A DNA stretch of 64,000 bases from Phoronis australis (taxonomy: Eukaryota; Animalia; Phoronida): contig NMRA01000112.1 of the NCBI GenBank assembly GCA_002633005.1, forward strand, positions 688,659-752,658. The letters run 5' to 3'. Under the pieces are notes generated by a model, which saw only the letters and a program-made list of their open reading frames with translations, searched no databases and was not told where the DNA came from. Numbering within the stretch: position 1 is the stretch's first letter; every line of letters begins with the position of its first letter. The position numbers and the translations under genes are program-made. This document shows positions 1 through 13,437 of this stretch, piece by piece.

Positions 1-775
1 GTGAACGTGCCATTTGACTTTTTGGACATCATTCGTGTTCAAGGTACTAAGACACTGACTGTGAAGGATTTCTGTCAATGATTGTCAAGTTACGCACTTT
101 GTGATACTATTTATAGCTATCATTTCCGTTCGATAATTCTGAAGCGACAAATAAGAATAAAATAAATCAAGTATATTGCGGCGAAAGTAGCCACGCGTCA
201 ACCAACGAACTCGTAACACTCTCACTCCACATGAAGAATTGTGTTAAAAAGGATCTTTAAGACACTCTGTCCTTTAAATTCATCATTTCCAAACAGAGGA
301 TGAGTTTAGTTCGTTAGAAGGTATCACTGAAATATAAACATTTCGTTACTTTCAGCCCTGTTTGTGATTGCCTTATTTAGCTATTAAATTTTCTAAAATT
401 GTTTTTGAAAAGTGGGCGGGAGATGAGTGATGAGCCATAATGCAGCTGTCACTCAAAGCGGCGGCCATTTTAGGTGGTCAGGCACCACCAAAAATAAAAA
501 AATAAACTCAAATTCATACTGAATTCAGTTAAGTTTGAAAATAATTGGAGTTGTGTTGGATGAACATTATTCGAGCTTAATTTTCGACTGAACGAACTTT
601 TGGTAGAATCGGTGTTATGAAGGTTTTAAATAAAATGAAACAGAAAGACTATCTTTAAACTATATTTAAAATCAGTAGCGAATGTCAAATGCTTCGGTTT
701 TATTTTACGAGAGTCACAAAAATTTGAGTATTACAACAAAGCATTACTGAAGCTCATAGTTGTGGTTTTTTATAC

Positions 776-1348
776 TGCGAAGCGATACCAAAGCTAGTTT
801 TCAAAACAACACTTGAGGACGAGATAAAGGGCATATACTATGACATACTAAACTACATATATCGATAAATACAAAAGTTATATAATATGTGGATCTGTAC
901 AGGTGGGTGACAATATGCCAAAGCTACACCATGACAACGACCTGAGGAAACTGAGAATAAACAGCAATAAAATAGAATGAAGGAGAGAAATTGAATGAAA
1001 AATACTAAATGGATAGGAAAGTATGGACGATGGCACAGTGTTGCAACAAGACAAAGAAATCTTGGTACAAATAAACCAATAATGGGAAACCAAAAAACAT
1101 CACTGACCCGAGAATCAAAATAATAATTAGGACGAAGCAGTATATCTTACATAAAATAATTTAATACTTAAATAATATTTACATGCGCTAGCTGCGAAGC
1201 GATACCAAAGCTAGTTTACAGTGAAACAACTCAAGAGGATGAGATAAAAGGTCACAATATATTATGAAAAACTAAGCTACTGTAGATATTGATGAATACA
1301 AAAGTTATATAATATGTTGACATGTAAAGGTGAGTGACAATCTGCCAC
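776..1348. repeat. Diverged direct duplication of ~150 bp (copies ~776-920 and ~1194-1348)
   Basis: Both copies begin tgcgaagcgataccaaagctagttt and contain atacaaaagttatataatatgt..aggtg(g/a)gtgacaat. Confidence 0.85.
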
Positions 1349-2670
1349 AGACGCAGCAGAAGGATGAGGGAGAACGAGCGAGACAGACAAAACATAGATT
1401 ATGTAAAATGGAGTAAAAGTAGCTATGACTATAAAAAAAGGCTAACATGGAGTAGAATAACTTCTTAAAAAGACAACATTTTGATTATTAAACCACTTTA
1501 TTCACAGACTGTTAAATTTCTTCTTGAAGTTGACTTTTAGTGTTGACACAGGCCGTAGCTGCTCTTAAAATATTTAATTTTTCGAGTGCCTTATTGTTTA
1601 CGAGGAGTTTTATGGAGTGTCAAGAGTGGAGTTACAACCGTTTTAGTGTGTAAAACTTTATTTGTTAATACCTTACTGAATCGACCCACCTGATGTCAGA
1701 CTGCTCATTAAAATGTACTTGTTTACAACAGAATACTTTAGAACACTCTACAAGTTTCCAGTTTATTATAGAACCATGGTCCAGGGCATTCTAGAAGCTC
1801 ATTAGAGTGATTGACATAGATTTCAGAAAGTTCTCATGGAGTGTACTTGTATTGGTAAAAAGTTTCATAACATTGTATCAGGTTACAAATACTCAGGCAT
1901 GAATTAGTGAGAGCCAGTTATCTAGTCAACAGAGAGTCACTTCAGTATTATTGCATCAGTCAATAAGCCAAACTGAAAGTGATTCAAGAGTTCATCACAA
2001 GTTGACTGGAGTATTTGAACTGACATTACATCGGACGTTTTGTTTAAGTGGATTTGTGCACAATCAGTTGAGATAAAAAGGATTTTGCGCGGAATTGAAC
2101 CGGAAACCTTAGTCGAAGGCACTCGCTTTACTGGCGAAATTAAATATTGCACTCGATAAATGTCTGATTATTTTAAGCGTTGAATTGTTAAAGTCATCGG
2201 TCTTAATTTAAGCAAAAGTCTATCACACATTGACGAGAATGGGCGATTCATTGCGTATTGGAATGGTAAAAACAGCAGTTCTGGTCAAAATTAATAACTT
2301 CAAGAAATCTATCCCATCTAACAATAATCTACAAAAATGTATTTTCGGCCGATAATGTCCTTGCAGCTAAATCAAATACAGAAAATAAAATGCAAAAGTA
2401 TCATAAAAAATAAATGAACACAAATAATTACCATTTTCTACAGTGAAATTTTTATTTTAAACAAGTTGAAGCTAATGGATCATAGCCCGGCAAATGCTAT
2501 GACAATGTTTTTAAGTTTAGATTTTAACATTCTATGTAAATTAATAAATCAAAGCCTCGTTGTACCTCATTTCTTTTTATCAACATTGCTTAAACACTGT
2601 CAGTCCAGGTTTCTCTGTTATGAATATACCTTTCAAAACCAAAAATGTGATTTGCAAAGAGTGGTCAGGT

Positions 2671-2815
2671 AACAATGCCGTGGTCACGTAACTATACCGT
2701 GGTCACTCAACAACATCGTGGTCACATAAAATACAGTGGGCAGGTATCAATACCGTGGTCGCGTATCAATACCGTGGTCGCGTATCAATACCGTGGTCAC
2801 GTAACAATACCGTGC
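2671..2815. repeat. Minisatellite, ~19-bp unit (caataccgtggtcacgtaa), ~7 copies
   Basis: Recurrent accgtggtc at ~19-bp spacing. Confidence 0.85.
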
Positions 2816-4269
2816 ACCCAAGATAGCGTACCTGCTCCTCTCACGTTCTTCGCAATGTAGTCAAACTTAATTAAACTTCGCTAATTGGTATTTAATTGTC
2901 CCGGCAATATTTTTCATGGTTATGTTTTCAGATACACCTACTGCAGTCTTGCTGAGATAAAGATTGATTTGTCGGCAACAAAGCAGTTAAATGGCGTCAA
3001 CTTTGGAAATCCTCATAGTCATTCAAAGGTAAAAAGGCAAGCCTTACATGCACACAGACTCAAGATATCCAATAGTATGATTCTCTTTACGGTAAGAGAA
3101 GTTACATAACAGTCTTGAATCCTTTACTGGAAACTTTGAAATGTATAACAATGACAAGAAATCGAAATTTAATTCAATCTACAGGTTTAGAACCCTTCTG
3201 TGGACCTGCACGCTGAAAAATTCTTTCCCCGCACATCCCCTATACCGGGTCACTTTTCCGTGTCGATGACATAATTCTTTCTATCATTGCTATGACACGT
3301 ACCAAATTATTTGTTCGACTGCATACGATATTTGACATCTCATTTTCTCGAGAGTAGTTGAGTTTTATTTAAACCCTTTGCACCATGGTCATGAATGCTT
3401 GAATTTGGTTACCGACGATTTTGGTATGATATTTTAAGTGCTTCTTCTTCAATTTGTGTACCGTTAATCAAGAAATAACCGCAAAAAGGAGAAAATTTAA
3501 AATATGTGTATGACGTCATCAGTGGAAGTCCGGTCTCCGCTATTGTGTTGTTCTACACCAGCCACGAGCCGTAGCGGTCTCAAAAACTGAGTTCGACTGA
3601 GTATTAAGAAAAGTTGCATGTACAGAAATGGCAATCAGGTTTTGCGTTTCCACAAAACCCTAAGATCGATCAGAAATGGCACAGGTTCGTACGTCAGACA
3701 CGGGAATGGCAATAAAAGGTGGAGCAAGCAATCAGTTCAGGAGCCACGCTGTGCTCAGCTAATTTTGAAGAAACGTGCTTTGAGCCGTCGCAGAAACAGT
3801 GATTTGATAAAGTTTTTCCAACGTTTAAAAGCAGTTGATGGACGAAAAAAAGTGTATTGTTGTACCATTGCAGGGAACGTAGTTGTCAGGCACATAATGA
3901 GTACGAACCTCAATATCAAATTGTGGCTTTTTCAAGGTGATATATATTTATTGAAGAATACGTAGAGCATACAAGGAAAATGACAAACCCAGAAATCGCG
4001 AAGCATTATACATGTATCTGGGTGCAGTACTTGGATGAAAGTAGCATGCATAGAACTATATACACGTAAGAAGTATCTACTATAATATTCAAATATTTAC
4101 ATATGCTATTACTAATGTATTAAAAATAAAAACATGTACAGACGTGGAAATCGGAAACAACAAGCAATGCATAAAAATTTACTAACATTGCTTAAGAGGA
4201 ATTCATTAAGAAAAAGGTCGAAGCTTAGGCTACCATTTAATAATAATGTAAATTTGGTAGAGATGTTAT

Positions 4270-5410
4270 TGCAGGAATTGAAATCATTTACAGTTGGTTT
4301 TCACTTAGTGCACGAAAGAGTGAGTTTCTCGGGTATTCGATGAGGGGGGCTCATATGAAGAAAATATGAGAATAAGATTGATGGTCACCACATTTGCAGT
4401 TTGGAGAGACATTACTAAAGTTGAGTCTAAACTTGTCGGAGTTGAGGAAAATACCGCATCTCGATCGGTACAATGCTACTTCTTTTTCGCGGGGAAGCGA
4501 GAATTGTGTCAGGGCTATTTATTTGTCAAAATTATGAAAAACAGTTCTAGAATTGTTTTTATACTCGGGAATGAGTTGCTTTCTTTAACAGAGACTGGAA
4601 TAAAATTCCAGTTGTTGATACACATCATAACTGTAGACCATCTGAATGCCTGGCGGAAGATCTCAAACCAGTACGATGGCCTTGTCTAGTATACAGATCA
4701 AATATTTTTTGACGAAAGCATTATTGACATTATTTAGTACTTTGAAAATAAATGTGGTAACATGAACATTGCGACGAGTAGACAGTTTGGGACACTTGAG
4801 GCTATTCAAAACTTTGACATTATTGGATCCCCTGTAAGCTCCAGTTATGAGCAAGGCAGATTGATACTGCAATTTCTCCAAATGCTGGAGTGCACCAGTG
4901 TTGGCAGACTGATGTATAATATCACAATAATCGATGTGAGGAAGTATAAAGGATTTTAACTAAGACGAAATGTGTAGAATTTAGATGACGAGAGACAAGC
5001 TTAAGTGGATTAATTAGTTTCTGAATTTTTTGCACGAACTCCCGAACGTGAGGTGTGAAGGAAAGTTTTTCATCTAACAGTATACCAAGATGTCTATGCG
5101 ACTGTTTTCTAGGAATGATTTTATCATTAAGTTTAAGGTCATAGGATGGGTCCACAAAGTAGAGAGAATTGTTAGATTTGGAGAAGGCGAGATCAACGCT
5201 TTTTTCTGGTTAAATTCCATTTTCCATTCTTGTGACCAATAGCTGAGTTTATTCAAGTCCGTGTCGTAGCTGCAAAAAACTCTCAAACTCTCAGGACTGC
5301 CTCCTGGAAATGGGTAAAAAAGCGCGGTGTCATCTGCACAAAGGTATGTGCTACATCACGGGTTATCAGGAAATTCATTAATATAAACCAAGAAGAGAGG
5401 TAATGAATAA
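4270..5410 (-). mobile_element. Degraded, 5'-truncated non-LTR retrotransposon (CR1/L2-like LINE), RT C-terminal half
   Basis: Frameshifted pieces PLFLVYIN, LCADDTAL (YADD-like), WSQEWKMEFN, HLGILLDEKLSF and LEKLQYQSALLITGAYRGS..LSTRR. Boundaries are approximate. Confidence 0.85.
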
Positions 5411-7823
5411 TGAATGTGATTGCAGTAAGTTTCCATCGGTCTATTCTTGTTCAAGATTTTGTGGAAATGCATGCTATCCACATATACATGTACGTCAATG
5501 CCCAAGCGGAACTTAAATGCAGACAAATAGTTTGAGGTCACGACCGCAGCCGGCACAGACACTGCAGTCGGACACTGTGGGACCAAAATAGTCGACGACT
5601 TACAACGGCACAAAGCTTTTTAATCGACACTAAAGTTGTTTGAAAATTAAATCTTGATTTAATAAAAGGCTGTAATTACCACTTTGAAATCAGGACTTTC
5701 CGCAGACTGAGTAGGCTCCGACTCGCCTTCACTCGCCGAAGACGCTGGTGCGGGACGTTGAGTTCGTACGGCCTCAAACACGCAGTCTGTCGATATGGCG
5801 ATGTCTAACTCATTACCTGTTTCACCTATAGTTAGAGTGTCGTTTTCACTCCTATCTCCATACCTGTCATCATAATACTCGTCAATCTTTCTTTCTAAGT
5901 CTTCATAACTTACAGAATCGCTACTATCCACCATTGCATATATAAGTGTCAACTGATAAACGTCTTCCATTGATGACATCACGTGGCGTCGGAGAAACCA
6001 AAAATAATCAAATGTTTTCTTTAAAATTAAAAATTCTTCAATGATTTCCCAAACTAAATGGTTGTTTAGTTAGATTTTACGTTATAAAATTACTATACAC
6101 GGTCTAAAACCTTAAAAGTGCAAAAACACATTGCAGGAATGCTTTAAGTTGGATTCTACGTGTCGCTGTGATGACCAGTTCTCTTTATACAGTGATAGCT
6201 CTTGCGACCTTTCCGAAATTGGGTACGTGGAGAGCTCTTACAGAGTAACAAATGACATATATTGCCAGGTTTTCGCTACAGCATACCGTTCTCGAGTTAT
6301 TCGATGTTTTCTGACAATTCTAATTTTATTGACTGAGCATTCATTGCTTTCGTGTCGATTGGTCCTCGTTGTACAATCATTTGTTTCTTTATTACGTTCG
6401 TCACCAAGATTTGATAATGAAGAAGAAGAAGATGATATTATTGCTTTCGTCGCCGTCATTGCTGTGGACGACCTCGTCTTCCAATTAATCTTTTGTAGAT
6501 ATTTTATTTCAGGTCATGCCAAATGTCCAACAGAAGGGGACAGTGTGTGAGGCTATAAAATAGTCTTCACGGCCAGAGAATAATGTGCCTAAACAGAGTT
6601 GACCCGTTCTTTAAAAACATGTATCCGTGATACGAGGAAAGTAGTCGGGAGTGGGGATATGCGTCCGCAAAATGTAAATAGCGTATGCGAGAGAAGAATT
6701 TAATGCACAGGCAGGTACGAGCTGTGCACGGTCACGGATAACCATTTACTTTGAATTATTAATCTAAAATCAAGTTACATACACGTGATGATCCTGTTCT
6801 TATTTGGCATATAATTAGAGACGAGCACTTTAAATAAAAAACACTAAAATACGAAAAATGCACATCGAAACCTAGTCACCTGTCCTACTTTAAAATACGA
6901 CAAGAAAGTTTTCTTGGATTTGATTTCTGTTACCCAAACAAACAACAACTTCAATACACGTCGTTTTTGAATTCAAGAGGTTCAAGTATTCTTACTCACT
7001 TATATACGTCCCTGTACTCTTGGTAACTGAAACCAGGTCAGCAACCATCGTAAAAAGGCTGGAAGGTGCAAGGGAAAGGGACATTTAGCCATTTCCTGTG
7101 TTCTTATAGCAAAATGAGGAACGGCTTCAAATTGGCATTGTTTAGGTGTTAATGTTGAATTCTTAATCGCAGCGTTTTCAGAATTTAAACATTACCACGC
7201 TCATCGAATATTGCTGGTAATTACAATTCAAGTTACAATGAGGCATTGTGCACATACGCCATTTTTGAGTTTCACGATTTTAATGTTGACCATTCCATTT
7301 AACTGCGAAGCGTTTTCTTGGGCCGCTGATTGAATGTTCTTGTCCGCAACGGACACAGAATCCTACATTGTTTCCCGCTAACGATTATTATGAGATCGAT
7401 TTTATGAATGTAGAGGGGTTAATTTTCGTTTTTAGCCACATAAACCGGGCGAAAAGCAGCTTCAAATCTTTCCTTAGAAAATGAGATTTACATAATCAAC
7501 CTTTTTGTACTTATACATCAAACACATGGTTTTACAATTGTTAGTCTTCAGCGCAGGTGAGCGATGGTAACCAAATGTTTGTGACGACAACTCAAACATA
7601 CAACGTATGTTGCGGTCATTGGAAAATACCAATAACGCTGATAATGAGGTTTAAACAAATAAACACTACCTCAAGGCCAAACCTAACTGGAAAGACAAAT
7701 GGTTCTCTGCACTTTTACTGTTTTAGTCCTGGCATGTGCGTTGCCAAATATAATAGCATGACCGGTCCATTGTGACGAATGTCACGCGTCTGGGTGTGTC
7801 GTAAGTTGAATAGCTGCTCCAAT

Positions 7824-8714
7824 ACTATGTTCACATGAGTATAGCAAAAACACCAGCAGTTTCATTGACAAAAACGCCAGCGAAAATACCGTTTAATTCT
7901 GCCAGACAGATAAACTGTCTGCGATGGCGGTAATATTTGCCACCAATTTCCTCACAACTCAAATCGTTTTAAAACAAAAATTGATGTCAAAACACTTTCA
8001 CTGCCTGCCATAAACTGATTAATGCCAAGGTAAACAAACTCTTCTTACTCCTTCGCATGTATACGTGTATCCTTGGAAGTAAACGGTCTGGCTATAAAAG
8101 TGCCAACGAAAACGCCAGCAGTTTTGTGGAACTCAAACCTCCAGCAAAGCGCCAGTAAAAGTGACACTTGTAACCGTTCACATTACTGGTGTGTTTGCTC
8201 CAAGCGGGAGTGCTTAGCCTAGCGTTTTGGCCGGTTTTGAACACGGTAAAGGCCCACGGGTCTACGGAAGGCTCTTAGGGCAAGCTCAAGCTGATCTCTT
8301 ATACCCAGTTCACGAATTGGCTAAACTTTAACGTTTTCGCTAGTACTTTCGCTAGCAGCAAAAAACGCCAGTCACGTGAACGGTTTATCTGCTGGCATTT
8401 TTAAGGCGGTTTGAAACACCAAAATTGCTGCGTTTTTGCGAACACTTTTGTAGCAAAACCGCTTACTTCAAAAGACAAAGGTGTGCAGGGGTAATATTGT
8501 TTATCGTCGTATTAATGAACTTATGGGAAACAGTGAACCTGTTTTGATATAAATTTTCGCTTAAAAAGGATTCGAGTGGTGAGGAAACAAACTAACTTCT
8601 GGCGGAAATGACCCCTTTGCAGACGGCTCGTTTATTTGATTGAAATGCTAGTGTTTTCGCTAGTGTTTTAGCCAGTGAAGCTGCCAGCATATTCGCCATT
8701 CATGTAAATTTAGC
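7824..8714. mobile_element. Old non-autonomous TIR element (MITE; possibly PIF/Harbinger-type)
   Basis: The left end actatgttcacatgagtatagcaaaaacaccagcagtttcattgacaaaaacgccagcgaaaa matches the reverse complement of 8645-8714 over ~70 bp; internal aaaacgccagc motifs occur in both orientations. Confidence 0.6.
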
Positions 8715-8959
8715 ACTTGTTTCCATCGAGAAAAGCAAGATTATACGAGTGAACAGTGAGTGCCTCGCGAGTATGCTATCCTGTCCTGAAAATGGCGGGC
8801 AATGAACGGGTTGGTGGGAGAGGTTTCCGTTCCGTAAGCGAAAATTTTTCATTGCAAGTACACTTAGGGTACATCCTAGTATGTACAGAAACGGATGTCT
8901 GTGGTGCATGCGCACACTAGGTGTGACCTCTGGTGAACTTTCGAGGCGGACAAAATGAG

Positions 8960-10310
8960 CAATCGAGGCACTGGTTTAACATCAACTATCGGCCTCGCCG
9001 AGAACTGAATGAGTCACCCATGACAGACAAATTGAACCCTGGAAAAAAGACCCCTACAAATACATGTACATGTACCAGGTCGCTCAAATATTCGAGAAAC
9101 TCCAAAAGCAATTCCATATGATTCAGTACATGCTACGGATCCCTAAATGGCCAATGACAGACAAAGTAGACTCTAGTTTGAAGCCTCCGAAACTCTAAAC
9201 ATCTTACCCACCGAATGCTGTTGAAATGTTGACCTAAATTAGATATTCGAGATGACAGAGATTGATCAAAATGAACAATCGTGCCACATTGAACACTGAA
9301 TGGCCCATGACAGAAAAATTGAACCATGGAAAGGGTATGCCAGAAACCCTAAAAAGGGCCCCAAAATTGAGCTACCTCAATCGTTCGAGGTACCCCCCTA
9401 AACAATTCCATAAGATTCAGTACATGGCACTGGTTACATACTCGACCCGTCACAAACACCCCAAAATGTCACCAAGCGATTATTGTTGAACATGTGGGCT
9501 AGAGAATTACCCACGACAGAAAATGTTTATTCTGGAAAAGGCCCGACAGAAACCCCAAAAGGACTCCAAAGTTAAGCTAACTCAAAATTGGAGGTACCAC
9601 ATGCACTAATCCCGTATGATTCAGTACATGCACTAAATGGCCTATGGCAGACGAAGTGCACTATGAGCTGGCCCTATTAGAAATTTCCAAATATTTCATC
9701 ATCGAAATGCTGTTGAAAACGTGAGCTAGTCTAAATATTCGAAGCATCGACCAAAACTGGTCTAAAATGACTAATCGAGCTACAGTAAACATTGATTGAT
9801 CCTCAACACAAAAATTGCCCTCTGAAAAGGGTCAGCAAAAAAACCAAAAGACCCCAAAATGAAATTTCACCATGTGATTCAGTACATGCCATTAATCACT
9901 AAATGGCATATGCCAAAAAATACACGCTGTGTTGGGACCAGCAGAAACTCTCAAACATCTCACAACGGAATGTTCTTGACATTTTGTGCTATATCAGTTT
10001 TCAAGGTATGGGCAAAATTGATTCAAAACGCAAAATCATGCCGCAATGACCATCGAATAACCATTGGCATAGAAACTGCAGCCTTGAAACTGCCCGCCAG
10101 AGACCAAGAACCTCCCAAAAATTTAGCCTGTTCAACATTCTAGGTACAGTCATCGTACCAGAAAAACAATTGCATGATTCCGTATTGGCTACTAAATTGC
10201 TTTTGGCACAACCCCGCTATATTGGGAACGGTAGGAGCCCCAAAACATGTCACCCAAAGAATGCTTCTGGAAATTTGAGCTAAATTAGATAATTAGGTCG
10301 TACCGGTTAA
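8960..10310. repeat. Degenerate tandem array, unit ~200-300 bp, ~5 copies
   Basis: (t)atgattcagtacatg-like motifs near 9117, 9412, 9615, 9876 and 10174; cccatgacaga(c/a)aaattgaacc..ggaaa near 9017, 9304, 9510 and 9800. Confidence 0.7.
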
Positions 10311-13210
10311 AAAATGATTTTAACAAACATGTGCACCAAACAGAGAAAGCAATGGTAGGACTATGTATATTGCGCGTACTTTAAATGACCGGAATCTATA
10401 CATGTGTAAAACTGACAACTCGTTTCTTGAGGCTAAGTTGAAAAGGTTTTCAATTTACACTAGACCATTCCAGTCACACGTGCCTGTGTGTGGCTTTGAC
10501 ATGGAACGGTGGCTAAACTACAGTCATAAAACGCTAGGCGGTCGAAATCTCGGGATGTCTTCACTATCAATGTATGACAAAACTTCCAATTTAAAAATAT
10601 ACATGTAACCCCTCCGGTGGACTGCAGTGTAAAACCTTTTTTCTTCTGCAGGAAACAATGAATTGATGTGCTTAAGCTTATATCCGCAAACAAAATTAAC
10701 AAAATGTTTCCACTGGCCATTTTCCAATAATAACTGTAATCAAGATGGCAAGAAATCATTTGACATTAGTTGATATCAGGGACAAGTTGAGTTGGAGACG
10801 AAGGCGACTGACGATGCCAGTCTGTACTTTGAAGGTGTATAGCCAATAACAGAAGCTAGATAAAGTCTCCCTTACTCTTCAAAATATGCTACTAACGGGT
10901 AAATGAAACTCGGTAAAAACGAACGAAATTTCTAAGCTTACTTATAACGGTTATTGGAGTAAAAGAAGCAAGACCGCGGTTGACGAAGAGGAGCGATTCA
11001 TTTACGTTACACGAGTTACTGTAAGTTTAGTGCGCAAAATTCATTTTCCACACTTATAAACAAAAAAATGCCCCGTAATTACAAAGACCTGGGCAGCATA
11101 CCCGTAAATAAAATGAGTTTCCGTCATCATCCCGGATTTGAAAATATTTTTATTCATGCGTTTACAATTAATATTTAAAAAATATCAAAACTTTAATCCT
11201 TTTTGACGAAGATTGTCAGTTACCTATTGAAATGACCTGATAACCATTGCATTCTTGAATTAAAGAACTGCTGGGAAAACTCTTATTTTTAAATGATATT
11301 GTTTATAAAAGGTAAGCAAACATAGGATTTGATGTCGCCAAGAAACCCGTAGCATGAAATGCAGAGACCTTGAACTTGACACTATTAAAAAGAAGACAAT
11401 ATTATTATTCTCCTTCCCAGCGTACCTGTATTTAGTAAGCCAACAGGTTAAAATGTCCTGGCGGTTTGTGGAATGCCTTCCTTCCGAAAGCAAAGTCAAC
11501 ATTGCAATACATTTGCAAAGAAGGTAGCTGCGAAGAACATTCAGAACTGACATATATGGACGTATTAAAACCGTGATGTAAGAGCTTTCCGGAATGAAAA
11601 ATCCACATTTCTACCAAAACATCCCTTCAATTTTTTAGCTTTCGGTAATAACTTCCGGATTGCGGCGGGGGTACACCAGCGACATGGTTACGGTTTCAGT
11701 TCAGTGTTATAGTCACAAAAACAACGTAAAAATTCAGGTAGCTAAATTATGGAGAAATCTATGACTGGATACACCGATGTACAATTACTGCGTTGCAATC
11801 AATAAATACAACTCAACAGTCGTTAGTAAAAATCAATAAGAAACACAATTACCTTGATCGCCTCAAGCTTGAGTCCTCAACTGCCCCTCGGCGGCAACAG
11901 ATATAAACTTAAGCACCCAGACATTTTAACTCCCTCCACTAAAGAAAACTTTCCTTGGCCTATGAATTTAGACATTCTGAACTACGGACGTGTCTGGTAT
12001 TTGATATAGCTAAGAATCAATGCGTGTAAATTTTTGTATAGTCTTCGAAATTTCACATCACCTGGGACGCTCTACTTGTCACTTCAATATAAATCCTATA
12101 ACCAGCATGTAGAGGTAGGAGACCCGACAAGGTGCATATAAAATTTGGGTGTCAACCAACAACTTTCCCGTTACAGCTGCTTAAGCAAAAATTTCTATCC
12201 AACGTCATTTTCTGACGCCACTCTCCGGTCGGCTACCCTCTGACACAACGCCACCTATACTGAAAAGTGACCCTGTAGAAACATGGTGAACGGCACACGG
12301 ATTTCCATATATGGGCATCAATGCGCATGCCTTGATCCGAAGTATACCGATCACATCGTCACCACTTGCACACGCCTTTATGTGCTGTACCTGTTTGGGC
12401 TTAAGCTCTTGATTTTGTTTACTTCTGTCACTACCCGTTTTAATAAATTACCGGCACCACTATTCAAGTCACCGTCAGTCGCCGTACTTTGAAACAGTAA
12501 ACTGAAACGGGTTTCCCAGATTTCAACCAATGGGAATGACTGATTGTTTCATTACTTTAACCAGTGAGAAACCATGTTCAGCAACGTCAATAGTTCTACC
12601 TTTCGCACTTTAAAAGGGTGTAGTTGTCGGCTTGAAAATAGCCGGTTGTGACACGCGTGCGCGCCATTTGCTAGTGACATCTGTCGGGAGATGATGCCAG
12701 CCTCGCCAAAGCAAAATTTGCTTAGGCATCAAGTTATGCGATCTCTATAAACACCCTGGTGAAATTACGGTAACCCATCTGTTATTTCGCACTAGATTTG
12801 TCATCCTTCATTTTGCTGAAATTTTACAAATAAACTATTATAAACCCAGTGTTGTTCAGATGATAGTTATACACAATGTAACCATGTCGTAAAGTTTTGT
12901 TAATTTCAAATTCGATGTCATTCTTGTGAAATTATTTTTCCGCTATGTAAGAAAACCACAAATGACAAGTCCCTCAATTAAAAAAGTTACCACATGGGTG
13001 CCTGGTTCAATAAAATGTCGTAATTTTACATCAGAAGTCTAAATGGAGACTTACGCCAACATGTGCAACTTGTCATAAGTCTTCGTTTAGACTCTGTGTA
13101 AAATATCCCAATGTTACATTTTGGTGAAACAGGCCTTAGGAATCTTCAGACAACAGTTAGAAGAAAATATGATATTCCAGTCCCGTTTAAAAGCACTGGT
13201 TCCGTTGCAG

Positions 13211-13437
13211 CCTCTTTCCTGCCTTTTCTTCTGGCGTAACGCCAATAAGTTACACAAGTCGTAGTCCCCAAAGCAAGACTTCCCAAGTGACGCCCAGTCG
13301 CAGATCTGAAAGCATGCAATGGACACAGACGTTTAACGCCAGTGCTGAACTGCAGAAAGAGATATCGCGCAACATGTCAGAGGTGTTGGACGTACTTTTA
13401 CGTGGATATGACAAAAGCTTAAGACCAGAAAAAGCAG
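13211..13437 (+). CDS. GRD-like subunit exon: N-terminal helix (..ISRNMSEVLDVLLRGYDKSLRPEKAG)
   Basis: Acceptor ttgcag at 13205-13210 with in-frame stops upstream; donor G|gtatat. The 5' boundary is less certain than the 3' one. Confidence 0.75.

Noticed and set aside
6510-6715. 5' exon of the channel gene (ttcag|...|gtacga)
   Set aside because: No signal-peptide ORF in a compatible phase; it could be UTR but is unsupported.
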